IMG/VR virus record: IMGVR_UViG_3300044856_000241
Span: 128,001 to 192,000 of that record
Origin: a virus
Taxonomy: Duplodnaviria; Caudoviricetes
Direction: 5' to 3' (one strand)
DNA: 64,000 nucleotides
The first letter of the stretch is position 1. The number at the start of each line of letters is the position of its first letter. The translations under genes and the position numbers were made by a program. The notes under the pieces are model-generated. The model did not search any database. It had not been told where the DNA came from and worked only from the letters and a program-made list of their open reading frames with translations. Below, piece after piece: positions 1 to 9,391 of this stretch.

Positions 1-124
1 ATGAACTATGTTCATTTAATATGTTATTACTTAATACGATAGCAGGTCTTCTCCCATCCTGCTCATGTCCTTGTTGTGGATTAAAATCCATTAAAATAAT
101 GTCACCTTGTTTATAATTTACCAA
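1..124 (-). CDS. mazF: PemK/MazF family toxin (5' part; runs off the window)
   Basis: Manual translation from TTG at 124: MVNYKQGDIILMDFNPQQGHEQDGRRPAIVLSN, the PemK N-terminal motif; overlaps the antitoxin stop. Confidence 0.9.
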   Translation of the reverse strand, partial: MVNYKQGDIILMDFNPQQGHEQDGRRPAIVLSNNILNEHSS

Positions 125-420
125 ATTTCATCACCTTTTGGAGTTCCAACATCTACTTCTTGAGTCCCTTCTACATAAATTTCATCAATCGGTTTCTGAT
201 AGAAAGCTTCCAACCTTTCTTTTAAATTTTTGTAAACTGGATAACTGATTTTTTCAACTACCATTTTCCCGTCGTATACATTGATTTTTACTTCATCGTT
301 TTCCTTTAGTCCCATTAATGTAATTATTTCTTTTGATAATCTAATTCCTTGGCTGTTTCCCCATTTTTTTACTGCTGTTTGTGTAGTAAATGTTTTTCTT
401 TGAGCCAATGCGTTTGTCAT
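118..420 (-). CDS. mazE: AbrB/MazE family antitoxin
   Basis: VKKWGNSQGIRL motif; C-terminal GTPKGDEIW; GGAGG SD before ATG at 420. Confidence 0.88.
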   Translation of the reverse strand: MTNALAQRKTFTTQTAVKKWGNSQGIRLSKEIITLMGLKENDEVKINVYDGKMVVEKISYPVYKNLKERLEAFYQKPIDEIYVEGTQEVDVGTPKGDEIW

Positions 421-442
421 AGTGCTTATATCCTCCATTTAA

Positions 443-504
443 AAGTATATACAACGGGATATACTTTCTATATTTAGTATATACATAAGTATATCCATTG
501 TCAA
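443..504 (-). promoter_or_regulatory. mazEF promoter with GTATATAC-type inverted repeats (autoregulatory operator)
   Basis: TTGACA on - strand at 499-504; two GTATATAC...G(A/T)ATAT half-site pairs between it and the SD. Confidence 0.5.
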
Positions 505-518
505 CATTTTTTTAATTT

Positions 519-695
519 CTAACAAATTCCGTTCTCTCTGAACTCAGCAAGCAATCCGTATCGTTTGCCCAATGTTCTGAAATAACTCTGCCAATACCCA
601 AGTTCCATCCAGGAATAATTGTGATTTTTAAAATCAAGCTGCCATTCGATAGCCTGATTTCTAAGTTCCTGTTTCCGTTTTTGATATGTATTCAT
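519..695 (-). CDS. hypothetical phage protein (58 aa, not in ORF track)
   Basis: MNTYQKRKQELRNQAIEWQ...FRENGIC with AAGGATG SD; fills the gap in the operon. Confidence 0.7.
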   Translation of the reverse strand: MNTYQKRKQELRNQAIEWQLDFKNHNYSWMELGYWQSYFRTLGKRYGLLAEFRENGIC

Positions 696-714
696 TTACA
701 TCAGCCATCCTTTT

Positions 715-948
715 CTACAATAATTCAGTCAATACTTCCATTCGTTCGTGCTTAAAACCAATACACGCAAGTGTTTGAGCAATTCTTTCCGCATATCCTT
801 GATGATTCTGTGCAAATGCCAGCTTCATACATTTTTCAACAATATTATCCATGGATTCAGCTTTATCAAATTCCTCTTTTGCATTTTCAGCATTTCTAAT
901 AGCTTCTTCCATAAGTTTTTCACATCTTGTATATTCTACTTTTGTCAT
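715..948 (-). CDS. hypothetical protein
   Basis: ORF with GGAGG SD, co-oriented with the leftward arm. Confidence 0.75.
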   Translation of the reverse strand: MTKVEYTRCEKLMEEAIRNAENAKEEFDKAESMDNIVEKCMKLAFAQNHQGYAERIAQTLACIGFKHERMEVLTELL

Positions 949-1044
949 ACTTCCCCTCCTAATGAAATTGCTATTTCAGAATAATTTAGAGATGCCTCGG
1001 ATAAGTAAGCATCTCTAATATCGTTATTCCACTTCTATATTCTC

Positions 1045-1233
1045 TTACAAATTGTCCAAGATCCATCGCTCTGCAAAATCCAGAACTAACTCTGGAAAAT
1101 TACATGCATTTTCATCATAATTGAATGTATTCCCAACAAGTGTTGTCTCAATACTTTCGCTTTCTTCATAGATAATTTTGTATTTTTTTAAATTACCGAC
1201 TTCTCCTACCAATTCAATTCTTAATACGTTCAT
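1045..1233 (-). CDS. hypothetical protein
   Basis: ORF with AAGGT SD in leftward arm. Confidence 0.7.
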   Translation of the reverse strand: MNVLRIELVGEVGNLKKYKIIYEESESIETTLVGNTFNYDENACNFPELVLDFAERWILDNL

Positions 1234-1248
1234 AAGTACCTTTCTTTC

Positions 1249-1644
1249 TTAAACATCTATATAAACCGTGTGGTATACCCACCATCTGCCGTTCCGTTCC
1301 ACAAATGTTGTACCGCCAGTAAATCTCTGTCCTGTACAATCATACATCGATGGTCTACATACTCTCAGTTCATTTGTATTAAACCATATTTTTGCAATTT
1401 CTAAAGTTTTCACTTCTTCCGGAAGTTGCAACAATTCAATATATTCATCACAATCAGCATGAATTATTCTACGTTCCAATTCCGCATCTTTTCTCTTGAA
1501 ATAATCACGGATGCCGCGTTTGTATGCATCTAGTAAATCCTTCGGTTTCTTCATTTTTTCTTTGTTGTATATATTATTAATTACTTTTATTGCACCGTAA
1601 TTATTTCGAACATCATTCATGTCATAACAAGGATATCTTTCCAT
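1249..1644 (-). CDS. hypothetical phage protein
   Basis: ORF with GGAGGTG SD; PSMYDCTGQRFT motif. Confidence 0.75.
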   Translation of the reverse strand: MERYPCYDMNDVRNNYGAIKVINNIYNKEKMKKPKDLLDAYKRGIRDYFKRKDAELERRIIHADCDEYIELLQLPEEVKTLEIAKIWFNTNELRVCRPSMYDCTGQRFTGGTTFVERNGRWWVYHTVYIDV

Positions 1645-1647
1645 TAC

Positions 1648-1827
1648 TTACACCTCCTCAATAATCACCTCGAACAGTTCTCTTTCGTATTCACATCCGT
1701 CCATCTCCCAATCATCAATGTAAGACTCAATATCAGCATTCGCTTCTTCATGGGCTTCTTCTTCCGTTCCATAACCACCGGTTGTTCTTAACCAACCACC
1801 GTCATAGTACAATCTAACTGTATACAT
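1648..1827 (-). CDS. acidic hypothetical protein (59 aa, not in ORF track)
   Basis: MYTVRLYYDGGWLR...FEVIIEEV; fills the gap, SD present. Confidence 0.7.
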   Translation of the reverse strand: MYTVRLYYDGGWLRTTGGYGTEEEAHEEANADIESYIDDWEMDGCEYERELFEVIIEEV

Positions 1828-1832
1828 ATTAA

Positions 1833-2078
1833 TTATCCCTCTTCATTTTCTCTAAAATACATACTATATTTGATACACGCTTCTTTCAGTTTCCATCCAA
1901 TCCAATCTCCATAAGCCCAACATTCTTCTTCAACTTTTGGATCGTTCCAAAAATCATCGAATGCCTTTTCTGTTACTATCTTTGCTTTATCAAAATCTTC
2001 ATCATTTACTAATAAAATCAAATCCATCCACGGGTTCATATCAGAATAAAGATTGATACATCTACGTTCGTTTACCAT
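1833..2078 (-). CDS. hypothetical protein
   Basis: ORF-track frame, start moved to the ATG after the SD. Confidence 0.7.
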   Translation of the reverse strand: MVNERRCINLYSDMNPWMDLILLVNDEDFDKAKIVTEKAFDDFWNDPKVEEECWAYGDWIGWKLKEACIKYSMYFRENEEG

Positions 2079-2097
2079 ACCAACCACTCTCCTTCAA

Positions 2098-2451
2098 TTA
2101 AGCTACTTCTTTTGATATTTTTTCGACCTCATCCATTGTAAGCTCCCTTATAATTTTCATTCGTTGTGCTAAAATCCAACTACCTCCCTGACTTTCTGGA
2201 CAACTGTAACTATCCCAATCTTCAACTTCGCACTCACACCATATTCTCTGTTCCCCATTTGCAAGCCGCATTGAAAGATGAGGTGCTATAGGGCGAAAAC
2301 AGCAGTGCCACCCTTTTCGTATCGCAAATCCCTTAGTTGGATAACATTCTGCTTTCATCCATTCGCCAATTGGCGTTGAATATGTTTTATGAATGAATAA
2401 TGGATATAAATTTCCGTCTGATAATTTCCGTAATAATTTATATGCTTTCAT
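2098..2451 (-). CDS. hypothetical phage protein
   Basis: AAAGGAG SD; LYPLFI...GFAIRKGWH...QGGSW. Confidence 0.75.
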   Translation of the reverse strand: MKAYKLLRKLSDGNLYPLFIHKTYSTPIGEWMKAECYPTKGFAIRKGWHCCFRPIAPHLSMRLANGEQRIWCECEVEDWDSYSCPESQGGSWILAQRMKIIRELTMDEVEKISKEVA

Positions 2452-2519
2452 ATGTATTCTCCTTTCGTAATAAAAGAGAGTAGATTTCTCTACTCCCTTA
2501 AAATAATTCTTTCAACTGG

Positions 2520-3407
2520 CTATGCAACTCTTGCGTCATTCAAAACATCATATAATGTTTCGCTTACTCCAAAATCTAAAGCAACATCTTTGATAAGTTC
2601 ATCACCCCACTTGTCACTGAAGAATCCCCAACACGAATCCTTTTCTTCCCAGTCATCACTATCTGTATCATATTCTTCTGTGATAATTCCATATACTTCG
2701 CCCTGGAGATACTGGTCGTATACCTCAACTTCTCCTTCCATCCACTGATAAGCTGCCTTTTTCCAATTTCTATCAGTAATTTTCACATAGTTTCCTTTTT
2801 CGTTTTGCAGCATTCCACCAGTTTCCATAATTGTCTTTTTATCTGTATAAATATAACCAACTTGACCAGAATCCCAACGACAACTATGACCGCAAGTGTT
2901 CATAGTAATTCCACTGTGGTCATATAAAAATAATGGCATGAATATAATCTGTGCATGTTTTTCAAGTAATTTCCATTTGTCTTTCTGTGGAAGTGCCTCA
3001 ATAATTTCATCAACAAGCCATGTTATATCTTCATATTCCTCAATGATTCCAAATTTTGCATCCTTGGAATTTCCAATTGGAAACCAATAATAAGTTCCCC
3101 ATAATTGCCACATTTTTTCATGCTTGTCATATTTTAATTCAAGACCGTTAGATGCTTTCTTTCCCTTCACATAATTAATGATTGATTTCTCTTTTACGTT
3201 ATTACGAATCAAATCGTTTAAAAAATCTTCATTGTCAGAGAAATTGTTTTCTTTATAATCACCAAGGCTATAATATCTATGCCAACACATCATTTTGCCT
3301 ATATTTCCATCCCAATCATAACGTGGATCTAATGGCTCCTCTTCCTGTTCGATATGTAATCTCATCAGTTTTCCGTCTCTTTTGTAATATTTATATTCAC
3401 TTGTCAT
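2520..3407 (-). CDS. conserved phage early-region protein
   Basis: PLFLYDHSGITM...WDSGQVG...YDQYLQGEVYG...DSCWGFF motifs; start moved to ATG after GAGGT SD. Confidence 0.8.
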   Translation of the reverse strand: MTSEYKYYKRDGKLMRLHIEQEEEPLDPRYDWDGNIGKMMCWHRYYSLGDYKENNFSDNEDFLNDLIRNNVKEKSIINYVKGKKASNGLELKYDKHEKMWQLWGTYYWFPIGNSKDAKFGIIEEYEDITWLVDEIIEALPQKDKWKLLEKHAQIIFMPLFLYDHSGITMNTCGHSCRWDSGQVGYIYTDKKTIMETGGMLQNEKGNYVKITDRNWKKAAYQWMEGEVEVYDQYLQGEVYGIITEEYDTDSDDWEEKDSCWGFFSDKWGDELIKDVALDFGVSETLYDVLNDARVA

Positions 3408-3408
3408 A

Positions 3409-3984
3409 TTAATCAACCTCACTTATAAACCAACCATTCCGATTTCCTTCTTCAATTACATCATCTTCAAAATCTCTTTGACACCTTGCTATTTCATCTT
3501 CTCCAAATTCCTGTTCAAATATTTTCATTATTATCATTGAAATTGCACGACTTAAATCCAAGTCGGATGTTTTTAATGCCATTTCAAACTGCTGCCTTTC
3601 ATACGGAAAGAAAGAAATAAAACCATCATATGAACCATAATTTCTTTTTGACCATTTAAAAAACTCATCATCATATTCTGTATTTCTAAATTTTTCTATT
3701 GTTTCTTCTGGTATAATTAAATCAAATTCTATTGAATCATTCTCATAATTATAAAATTGAGGACTGTTTAAACTTGCGTTCTCTACCTTACATACTCCTA
3801 ATGATTCAATGATAGAATCTTCTGACAACATTTCATTTATTTTATCAACCCCATATAATACAATTGCATTCTTAAAATCATCAATATATTCATCTGCAAG
3901 TTGATACATAAATTCACCAAGATTAGTCCCGTACATTCCAGGTTCTATTAAATGCAAAAAATCTGTTGTCATATGTAACATCAT
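3409..3984 (-). CDS. acidic hypothetical phage protein
   Basis: SPQFYNYEND and SYDGFISF motifs; abuts neighbours. Confidence 0.75.
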   Translation of the reverse strand: MMLHMTTDFLHLIEPGMYGTNLGEFMYQLADEYIDDFKNAIVLYGVDKINEMLSEDSIIESLGVCKVENASLNSPQFYNYENDSIEFDLIIPEETIEKFRNTEYDDEFFKWSKRNYGSYDGFISFFPYERQQFEMALKTSDLDLSRAISMIIMKIFEQEFGEDEIARCQRDFEDDVIEEGNRNGWFISEVD

Positions 3985-3989
3985 ATCAA

Positions 3990-4445
3990 TCAACGCTCCC
4001 TTCTAATAAAATCATCGAACATATCTCTATACTGCTGTGGCAAATTGCTAATGAATACATTCATCAGTTTATTCTGATGTTCAAGTTCCTTCACTTCTCG
4101 ATCATAATTTTCCAACCGTTCATAAGTTCCTTTATCAATCATTCGGCGCATTTCGCTTCTTGTTGTACATGCCGGTTCACAATATCCTTCATAAACCATT
4201 TCGTCATCCAGATAAATCTGTTGCCACATTTTAATATCATAGCAACTATCGCTTACATACCAGACCATGTAATACTCCATTGCTTTTTCAAAAGAATCAA
4301 AATCTTTGTTCGTATACAATTCCCATGGCGCATCACCATGAGGTGCCTTAATATTTTCCGTTGCCTTTACAAACTTGTCCCATGTTTTATCATCATTAAT
4401 AAGTTCAATGTGATAATTAATCCGTAAATATTTCATGTTATCCAT
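3990..4445 (-). CDS. hypothetical protein
   Basis: ORF in tightly packed operon; start at ATG after SD. Confidence 0.7.
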   Translation of the reverse strand: MDNMKYLRINYHIELINDDKTWDKFVKATENIKAPHGDAPWELYTNKDFDSFEKAMEYYMVWYVSDSCYDIKMWQQIYLDDEMVYEGYCEPACTTRSEMRRMIDKGTYERLENYDREVKELEHQNKLMNVFISNLPQQYRDMFDDFIRRER

Positions 4446-4458
4446 CAAATCATCTCCA

Positions 4459-4893
4459 TTACATGGCATTTAATACTTTCGCCATTTGTCTGCATTTATT
4501 TGCTGCGTTTGAATATTTATCAAACATCTCCATTGCGGCAATGTGAATACCTGAAATATTATTACATCCCATCAGATAATTTTTGTTTGATATTTTCATA
4601 TCAATATCAGCAAATCTGTTTTTCATACATGCTTTCTGGATTTCTTCATCGTCATAATAGTGATGCGAATTATTAAATTTCTCTTTTTCTTTATCATGCA
4701 GTGATGATAATTCCCGGTGAGCTCGATCATAAAACATCATTTCATCTTTGTACCAGTCAAATGCCTGTTGTAATTCTGATTTCCGTGTTTTTAATTTATC
4801 TCTTGTGCCATCTGGAAACCTGAACACAACATAATCAACGCTGACGTGTTCAATATATTCTTTATCTCCATAGATGCTTATTGCTTTTCTCAT
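4459..4893 (-). CDS. hypothetical protein
   Basis: GAGGAG SD; operon context. Confidence 0.75.
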   Translation of the reverse strand: MRKAISIYGDKEYIEHVSVDYVVFRFPDGTRDKLKTRKSELQQAFDWYKDEMMFYDRAHRELSSLHDKEKEKFNNSHHYYDDEEIQKACMKNRFADIDMKISNKNYLMGCNNISGIHIAAMEMFDKYSNAANKCRQMAKVLNAM

Positions 4894-4908
4894 TTCACAT
4901 TCTCCTCT

Positions 4909-5217
4909 CTATAAACTTTTTAATTCATCATTAGAATATTTACTCCATTTACCAGTTGTCGCACCATTCATTCTTTCTTCAAAAGTTCTCTTTCGCATTC
5001 CATACATTTCTGTTGCGACTTTGTACATGTCGTATACAAGACCTTTTTTCGTATCAATAATCATAAAATCTTCTGGATTATTCACATTGTCTAATACATA
5101 TTGCATAAAATCTCTGAATGTAATTAGCTTGTTTGTGGTACACCATACAAGAATTTTGTTTTCATTTTTAGTATCTTTTGTTACAAATCTTACAAGTTGC
5201 ATTTGCATTTCCCTCAA
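4909..5217 (-). CDS. hypothetical protein
   Basis: ORF in operon; true start probably a few codons downstream. Confidence 0.7.
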   Translation of the reverse strand: MREMQMQLVRFVTKDTKNENKILVWCTTNKLITFRDFMQYVLDNVNNPEDFMIIDTKKGLVYDMYKVATEMYGMRKRTFEERMNGATTGKWSKYSNDELKSL

Positions 5218-5280
5218 TTTTAATAAGGCAGATACATTTCTGTACCTGCCTTATGTATTCTCTGCGTTAAAATTACAATT

Positions 5281-5472
5281 TCAACGACTCCATTCACCAA
5301 CTTTATTTCCGTTTATGTCCATAATGGAACCGCTTGTATGTCCTGCCTCTAACCTCTCACAGACATCTTCTAATACTCGTTTTAATTCAATCGCTTCCCA
5401 AAATTCACTTTCATCTCCTGTATCTGGATCACAAAATGCTGCGTTTCCTGTTTTGATTTCACATTTAAACAT
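5281..5472 (-). CDS. hypothetical phage protein
   Basis: MFKCEIKTGNAAF...IMDINGNKVGEW; GAGGTG SD. Confidence 0.75.
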   Translation of the reverse strand: MFKCEIKTGNAAFCDPDTGDESEFWEAIELKRVLEDVCERLEAGHTSGSIMDINGNKVGEWSR

Positions 5473-5977
5473 AACTTTCCACCTCATCACTTTCTAAATT
5501 TAATATCAAATCAAGTACTTTATCTCTCCATTTGATATTCTGAATTGCCTTACGCAATGTTTCTTTTTCTGGAATATCTGGCATAATATCAATTCCGTAC
5601 TCTACCAGCTGTTTTGTAGCTTCGTGGTATAATTCCTTTGACTGTGCATCAGGGCAATATCCCTTTCCTCGTGGATCTGCAATACCCGCCTTGACATATT
5701 CTGGATAACATAAGTCAATGAACCGTGGCAACTCATTGTCCAAATCCATCATATAAGTCATACTCGGCTCAAGAATCCGTTTTTGCTTTCCGTCTCCGCC
5801 TCTTTTCTCCATCATTTCTGCCACTTCTTCTGTTTCATAAAACTCGTTTTCTGAAAGAATTTTTCTTTCGATTTTTTCTGCATTCTCTTTAATTGTTTCA
5901 TATAATACTTTTGCATTGAAATAATTGCTCTTTAACTTTCCAAGCAATGCTTTATCATAATTAATCTGTGGTAACAT
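5465..5977 (-). CDS. hypothetical protein
   Basis: GAGGAGG SD; overlaps the next gene. Confidence 0.75.
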   Translation of the reverse strand: MLPQINYDKALLGKLKSNYFNAKVLYETIKENAEKIERKILSENEFYETEEVAEMMEKRGGDGKQKRILEPSMTYMMDLDNELPRFIDLCYPEYVKAGIADPRGKGYCPDAQSKELYHEATKQLVEYGIDIMPDIPEKETLRKAIQNIKWRDKVLDLILNLESDEVESYV

Positions 5978-5978
5978 G

Positions 5979-6413
5979 TTATTTCCTCCTCGCTTTCATC
6001 ATTTTTTCTCTGTATTCTTTGATCTGCTCCATTGATAACCACTCAGGTTTATCTTCTAGCGAATTCCAAATCCGTTCCATTTCATCACAGATTACTTCTA
6101 CACTTCCGCCCCATAAGTGTCCCTCGTAACCATTCCCATTCCCTAAGAAATAATTGCAATCCGATCTCAATCTATCAAGCATCATATAATCAAACTCTCT
6201 TGGATGACGAATAAATGGATCATCACACTCAATCGGCTCTGTCACTCTTGTGTTTGGTTCGCCGCAAATTTCACCACATTCTGTTCTGTAAGCACCTGTA
6301 TATAGATTTAAACCATTGCGACCATCATTTTCATCGAAATATAACTTTCCATTTTCATCTTCATAGCAAGGAACTTCCATGTATCCTCCAAAACCAACAT
6401 ATTTAACTTTCAT
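5979..6413 (-). CDS. LPD11 (large polyvalent protein-associated domain 11) protein
   Basis: YMMLDRLRSDCNYFLGNG...LWGGSV...KPEWLSMEQIKEY matches the LPD11 pattern. Confidence 0.75.
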   Translation of the reverse strand: MKVKYVGFGGYMEVPCYEDENGKLYFDENDGRNGLNLYTGAYRTECGEICGEPNTRVTEPIECDDPFIRHPREFDYMMLDRLRSDCNYFLGNGNGYEGHLWGGSVEVICDEMERIWNSLEDKPEWLSMEQIKEYREKMMKARRK

Positions 6414-6414
6414 A

Positions 6415-6687
6415 TTAGCAACCTGCCTTTCCTAATTCTTTTACTACCATGTATGCTCCATACAAAATATCTTTGCATGTAGTTGCATTGATATAACCAA
6501 TTTTTCTTTTACCATCTCTCAAAATGTGGAACTGATTACCGCTCTCGATGCTGACTTCTACCGAAATGTCGAAACCGTTTTCTCTGATTTTTTCTAAATA
6601 ACTGTCAATCATTTTGCATTTCTCTTTTTCAATGTCATCTAAATAACCGGTAACTCCGTACTGCCATTTGATATATTTTAATTCCAT
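6415..6687 (-). CDS. hypothetical protein
   Basis: AAGGAG SD; operon context. Confidence 0.7.
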   Translation of the reverse strand: MELKYIKWQYGVTGYLDDIEKEKCKMIDSYLEKIRENGFDISVEVSIESGNQFHILRDGKRKIGYINATTCKDILYGAYMVVKELGKAGC

Positions 6688-6699
6688 GATTACTCCTTC

Positions 6700-7191
6700 T
6701 TAACAATACTGTCTCTCTTTACCACGCATTATATTTTCACCTCTGAAACAATCACCGCAATATTCCCATACACCTTCAGATACTTTCTTGAATGTTGCAA
6801 ATGTGGATTTCCATTTACCGATTTTATCATCATATCTCTGTGTGCTTGGCTCACCAATCTGCGAGCAATCTCTTCTCATACAAGCCGGCGGTAAACAATC
6901 CATTAAATCGTCAACTATATCTTCTTCAACATAGTCACCAATTTCTAATGCATTAATTCCAAAATACCAAGAATTGTTATACACTGGTTTTCCGTTATAT
7001 TCTCTGCATGGTTCTAATTCTTTTCCCTTATATTCACGTTCTGTAATATAAAGTTCTTTATCAAACCACGGATACTTTGCATAATTCCGTAAATACTTTT
7101 CTGCTAATTCCTTAACTGGGAAAATTGTCGGATTTCCAGCAGATAACTCATTTCCATTGTGTTTGTATACAACCATATATCCTGTTTTCAT
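6700..7191 (-). CDS. hypothetical phage protein
   Basis: LPPAC...QIGEP...TFATF...WEYCGDCFRGE; start at MKTGY after GAAAGGATG. Confidence 0.75.
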   Translation of the reverse strand: MKTGYMVVYKHNGNELSAGNPTIFPVKELAEKYLRNYAKYPWFDKELYITEREYKGKELEPCREYNGKPVYNNSWYFGINALEIGDYVEEDIVDDLMDCLPPACMRRDCSQIGEPSTQRYDDKIGKWKSTFATFKKVSEGVWEYCGDCFRGENIMRGKERQYC

Positions 7192-7256
7192 ATCAATTTC
7201 CATCCTTTCCAATAAAATAAGCAGATACAAGAATATTCTCTGTATCTGCTTTGGGT

Positions 7257-7472
7257 TTACAAATTAATTGCGTTTCCGTTATCATCATATTCAATCGGTA
7301 CAATATGAACGGCATACCCGATTTCTTTTTCTTTGTCGTAAATTTCCATCGTGCCGCTAACTGCAAATTCAAAATTGAATCGTTCATTATTTTTCTCTAC
7401 TAAGTCAACAATATAATCGACTAATTCATTCAAATTCTGCGCATCTCGTTGCTGTTTTTCAATATCTGTCAT
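7257..7472 (-). CDS. hypothetical protein downstream of tandem NrdR boxes
   Basis: GGTGA SD; followed by a hairpin at 7220-7250. Confidence 0.7.
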   Translation of the reverse strand: MTDIEKQQRDAQNLNELVDYIVDLVEKNNERFNFEFAVSGTMEIYDKEKEIGYAVHIVPIEYDDNGNAINL

Positions 7473-7487
7473 TTTTATTCACCATAC

Positions 7488-7535
7488 ATACTATATATAG
7501 TGTGTATACAATCACACAGCCACTACATATAGTTT
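7488..7535. promoter_or_regulatory. tandem NrdR-box-like operators
   Basis: ATACTATATATAGTGT (7488-7503) and CCACTACATATAGTTT (7520-7535), 16-bp spacer; match to acaCwAtATaTwGtgt and to the usual tandem spacing. Confidence 0.7.
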
Positions 7536-7567
7536 TATTTTGCTTATGAAATATCTCATTCATTTAC

Positions 7568-7750
7568 CTAACATTTTTTCAATGAATCACGTTCTTTTCT
7601 TAATCTTGCAACCTGGCTCATTAATTTTTTATTCCCATCAAGTAACACCTTTACATTATTCTGTAATGCTTTCCGTGATTGTTTCATTCTAAGCAATTCA
7701 TCTTCAAGTTGCTCAATGTAATGGTTCGCTTCTTCGAGTTCGTTATACAA
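7568..7750 (-). CDS. small coiled-coil protein
   Basis: GGAGGTGA SD, TTG start. Confidence 0.7.
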   Translation of the reverse strand: MYNELEEANHYIEQLEDELLRMKQSRKALQNNVKVLLDGNKKLMSQVARLRKERDSLKKC

Positions 7751-7761
7751 AAAATCACCTC

Positions 7762-8082
7762 CTACTCTACAACAATATTTCCATACAATTCCTGATACTC
7801 AGCTAAACATTCTGGTGTTGGTTCGCCAAGCAGATCACTTCTCCTTAAACTGTATTTAGTTCGCTTTTTACCGTCGTTTCGCTCTGGGAATACTTCTTTT
7901 ACAAACACTTTCTTTTCTCTACCATTACCGGCATTGCATCCAAAACCGCCGATTGCCTTTACTAACTGGTATCTGGCTTCTTTGTATACTTCGTCAAAGT
8001 ATTCTTCCTTTACAACCACCAGTTTATCTGTAATATCATTACTCAATGGTACTGTATCTGCCTTTGTCATAAGAATTACCAT
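7762..8082 (-). CDS. hypothetical protein
   Basis: GGAGGT SD; AIGGFGC motif. Confidence 0.7.
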   Translation of the reverse strand: MVILMTKADTVPLSNDITDKLVVVKEEYFDEVYKEARYQLVKAIGGFGCNAGNGREKKVFVKEVFPERNDGKKRTKYSLRRSDLLGEPTPECLAEYQELYGNIVVE

Positions 8083-8086
8083 TTCC

Positions 8087-8290
8087 CTATACCTCCCGTA
8101 TACACATTATGTTTCCGTTTTCTAAATGCATGAGCCATTTTGTCCCGCAATACTGAAACACCATCACTCTCCATTCCCCGGAATACCCGGAACCGGATAC
8201 ATCTGCCTTAATATGTCCGTATCTTTTAAGTTCGTGATACTGTTCTTCTGTTGTCATACTCCGTAAATCTTCTACAAATTTTTCTCGCAT
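8087..8290 (-). CDS. hypothetical protein
   Basis: Start MREKF after GGAG SD. Confidence 0.65.
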   Translation of the reverse strand: MREKFVEDLRSMTTEEQYHELKRYGHIKADVSGSGYSGEWRVMVFQYCGTKWLMHLENGNIMCIREV

Positions 8291-8292
8291 AT

Positions 8293-8475
8293 CTACTCTC
8301 CAATTTCTCCAGACCAACAATTGAATATTGGTCGGTTATCATTTTCTTTGTCAATTACTTCACACTGAAATTCAATTGCATCTCGTTTCGCTTGCTCAAG
8401 ATCATCAGTGTCTCTCAATCCTTTTGGCAGACCAAACCAGTCTACAAATTTGTATCTCCCGGAAATCCTAACCAC
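8293..8475 (-). CDS. hypothetical protein
   Basis: Fills the operon gap; GGGAGTGG SD. Confidence 0.6.
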   Translation of the reverse strand: MVRISGRYKFVDWFGLPKGLRDTDDLEQAKRDAIEFQCEVIDKENDNRPIFNCWSGEIGE

Positions 8476-8834
8476 TCCCTTTCATACGGCTCTAATTCGA
8501 ATTCCTCTAATTCGTACTCGATTCCCTCACCTGTCAAGCCATCTTCTTCTAATAACTCGATTGCCTTGTCTTTGAATCTTGTACACAACTCTTCCAGCCG
8601 TTCACGAGAAATATAATTCTCTTCTGTTCTTTCTCTATATAAATCAACCATGACTGCCAATCCGCCCGCTGTATCAATTGCATACCCAACAGTGCCACCC
8701 CAATCATTCCCTTCAAATTTCCGTTCCGTCTCTGGTTTTAATCCCCATACGACTGCATACTCTGGATATTTTGTTCCTCTTTTAATAAGTGCGTATCCTT
8801 TATTTTCCATAATTACTTCATAATCTAATCTCAT
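8442..8834 (-). CDS. hypothetical protein
   Basis: AGGT SD; operon context. Confidence 0.7.
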   Translation of the reverse strand: MRLDYEVIMENKGYALIKRGTKYPEYAVVWGLKPETERKFEGNDWGGTVGYAIDTAGGLAVMVDLYRERTEENYISRERLEELCTRFKDKAIELLEEDGLTGEGIEYELEEFELEPYEREWLGFPGDTNL

Positions 8835-8857
8835 TTCTTTTACCTATCCTTTCCTTA

Positions 8858-9073
8858 TTATAATGTGTCACAAAGAACACTTACGACATTAAGTACTTTC
8901 ATCATTGCGCCGTATTCATTAAATCCTTTTACATTAACAGTTGCTGTTGTATCAAACACTTTGATAAAAATACGCTCTGCATTTTCACAGTAATCTACCG
9001 TCACACGCTTATCATCTGTGTATGCATTATTCTCGAACATCTCGTTCATATTTTTAAGCCATTTCATTTCCAT
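8858..9073 (-). CDS. hypothetical protein
   Basis: SD present; operon context. Confidence 0.65.
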   Translation of the reverse strand: MEMKWLKNMNEMFENNAYTDDKRVTVDYCENAERIFIKVFDTTATVNVKGFNEYGAMMKVLNVVSVLCDTL

Positions 9074-9091
9074 AATTTATACCTGTCCTTT

Positions 9092-9286
9092 CTACATTAC
9101 TAAATCGTTTTCTTTTACAATGCGTCTTACAATTACACCCTGCACATCTCCATGAGCAGGAATTGTAATCTGGCTGTTTAGCTTTCGCCAGATTTCATGA
9201 CCACCTTTTGATCTGATTCTTTTGTAACTGTTTTTCCGTAGCATTTTTTCTACTTTATGGTACGGAACTGGATTACATTTACTCAT
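9092..9286 (-). CDS. hicA: HicA family toxin (no adjacent hicB)
   Basis: KMLRKNSYKRIRSKGGHEIW...ITIPAHG...VIVRRIVKE; start MSKCN after AAAGGAG. Confidence 0.75.
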   Translation of the reverse strand: MSKCNPVPYHKVEKMLRKNSYKRIRSKGGHEIWRKLNSQITIPAHGDVQGVIVRRIVKENDLVM

Positions 9287-9391
9287 GTATTCTCTCTCCT
9301 TTCGTTTGCGTTTTAATTTGCGTTTAGTGACTGCCCGTATAGCCGATAGCACAGCTTATATGTAAAAAATGGATTGTGGATTACTATGTAA

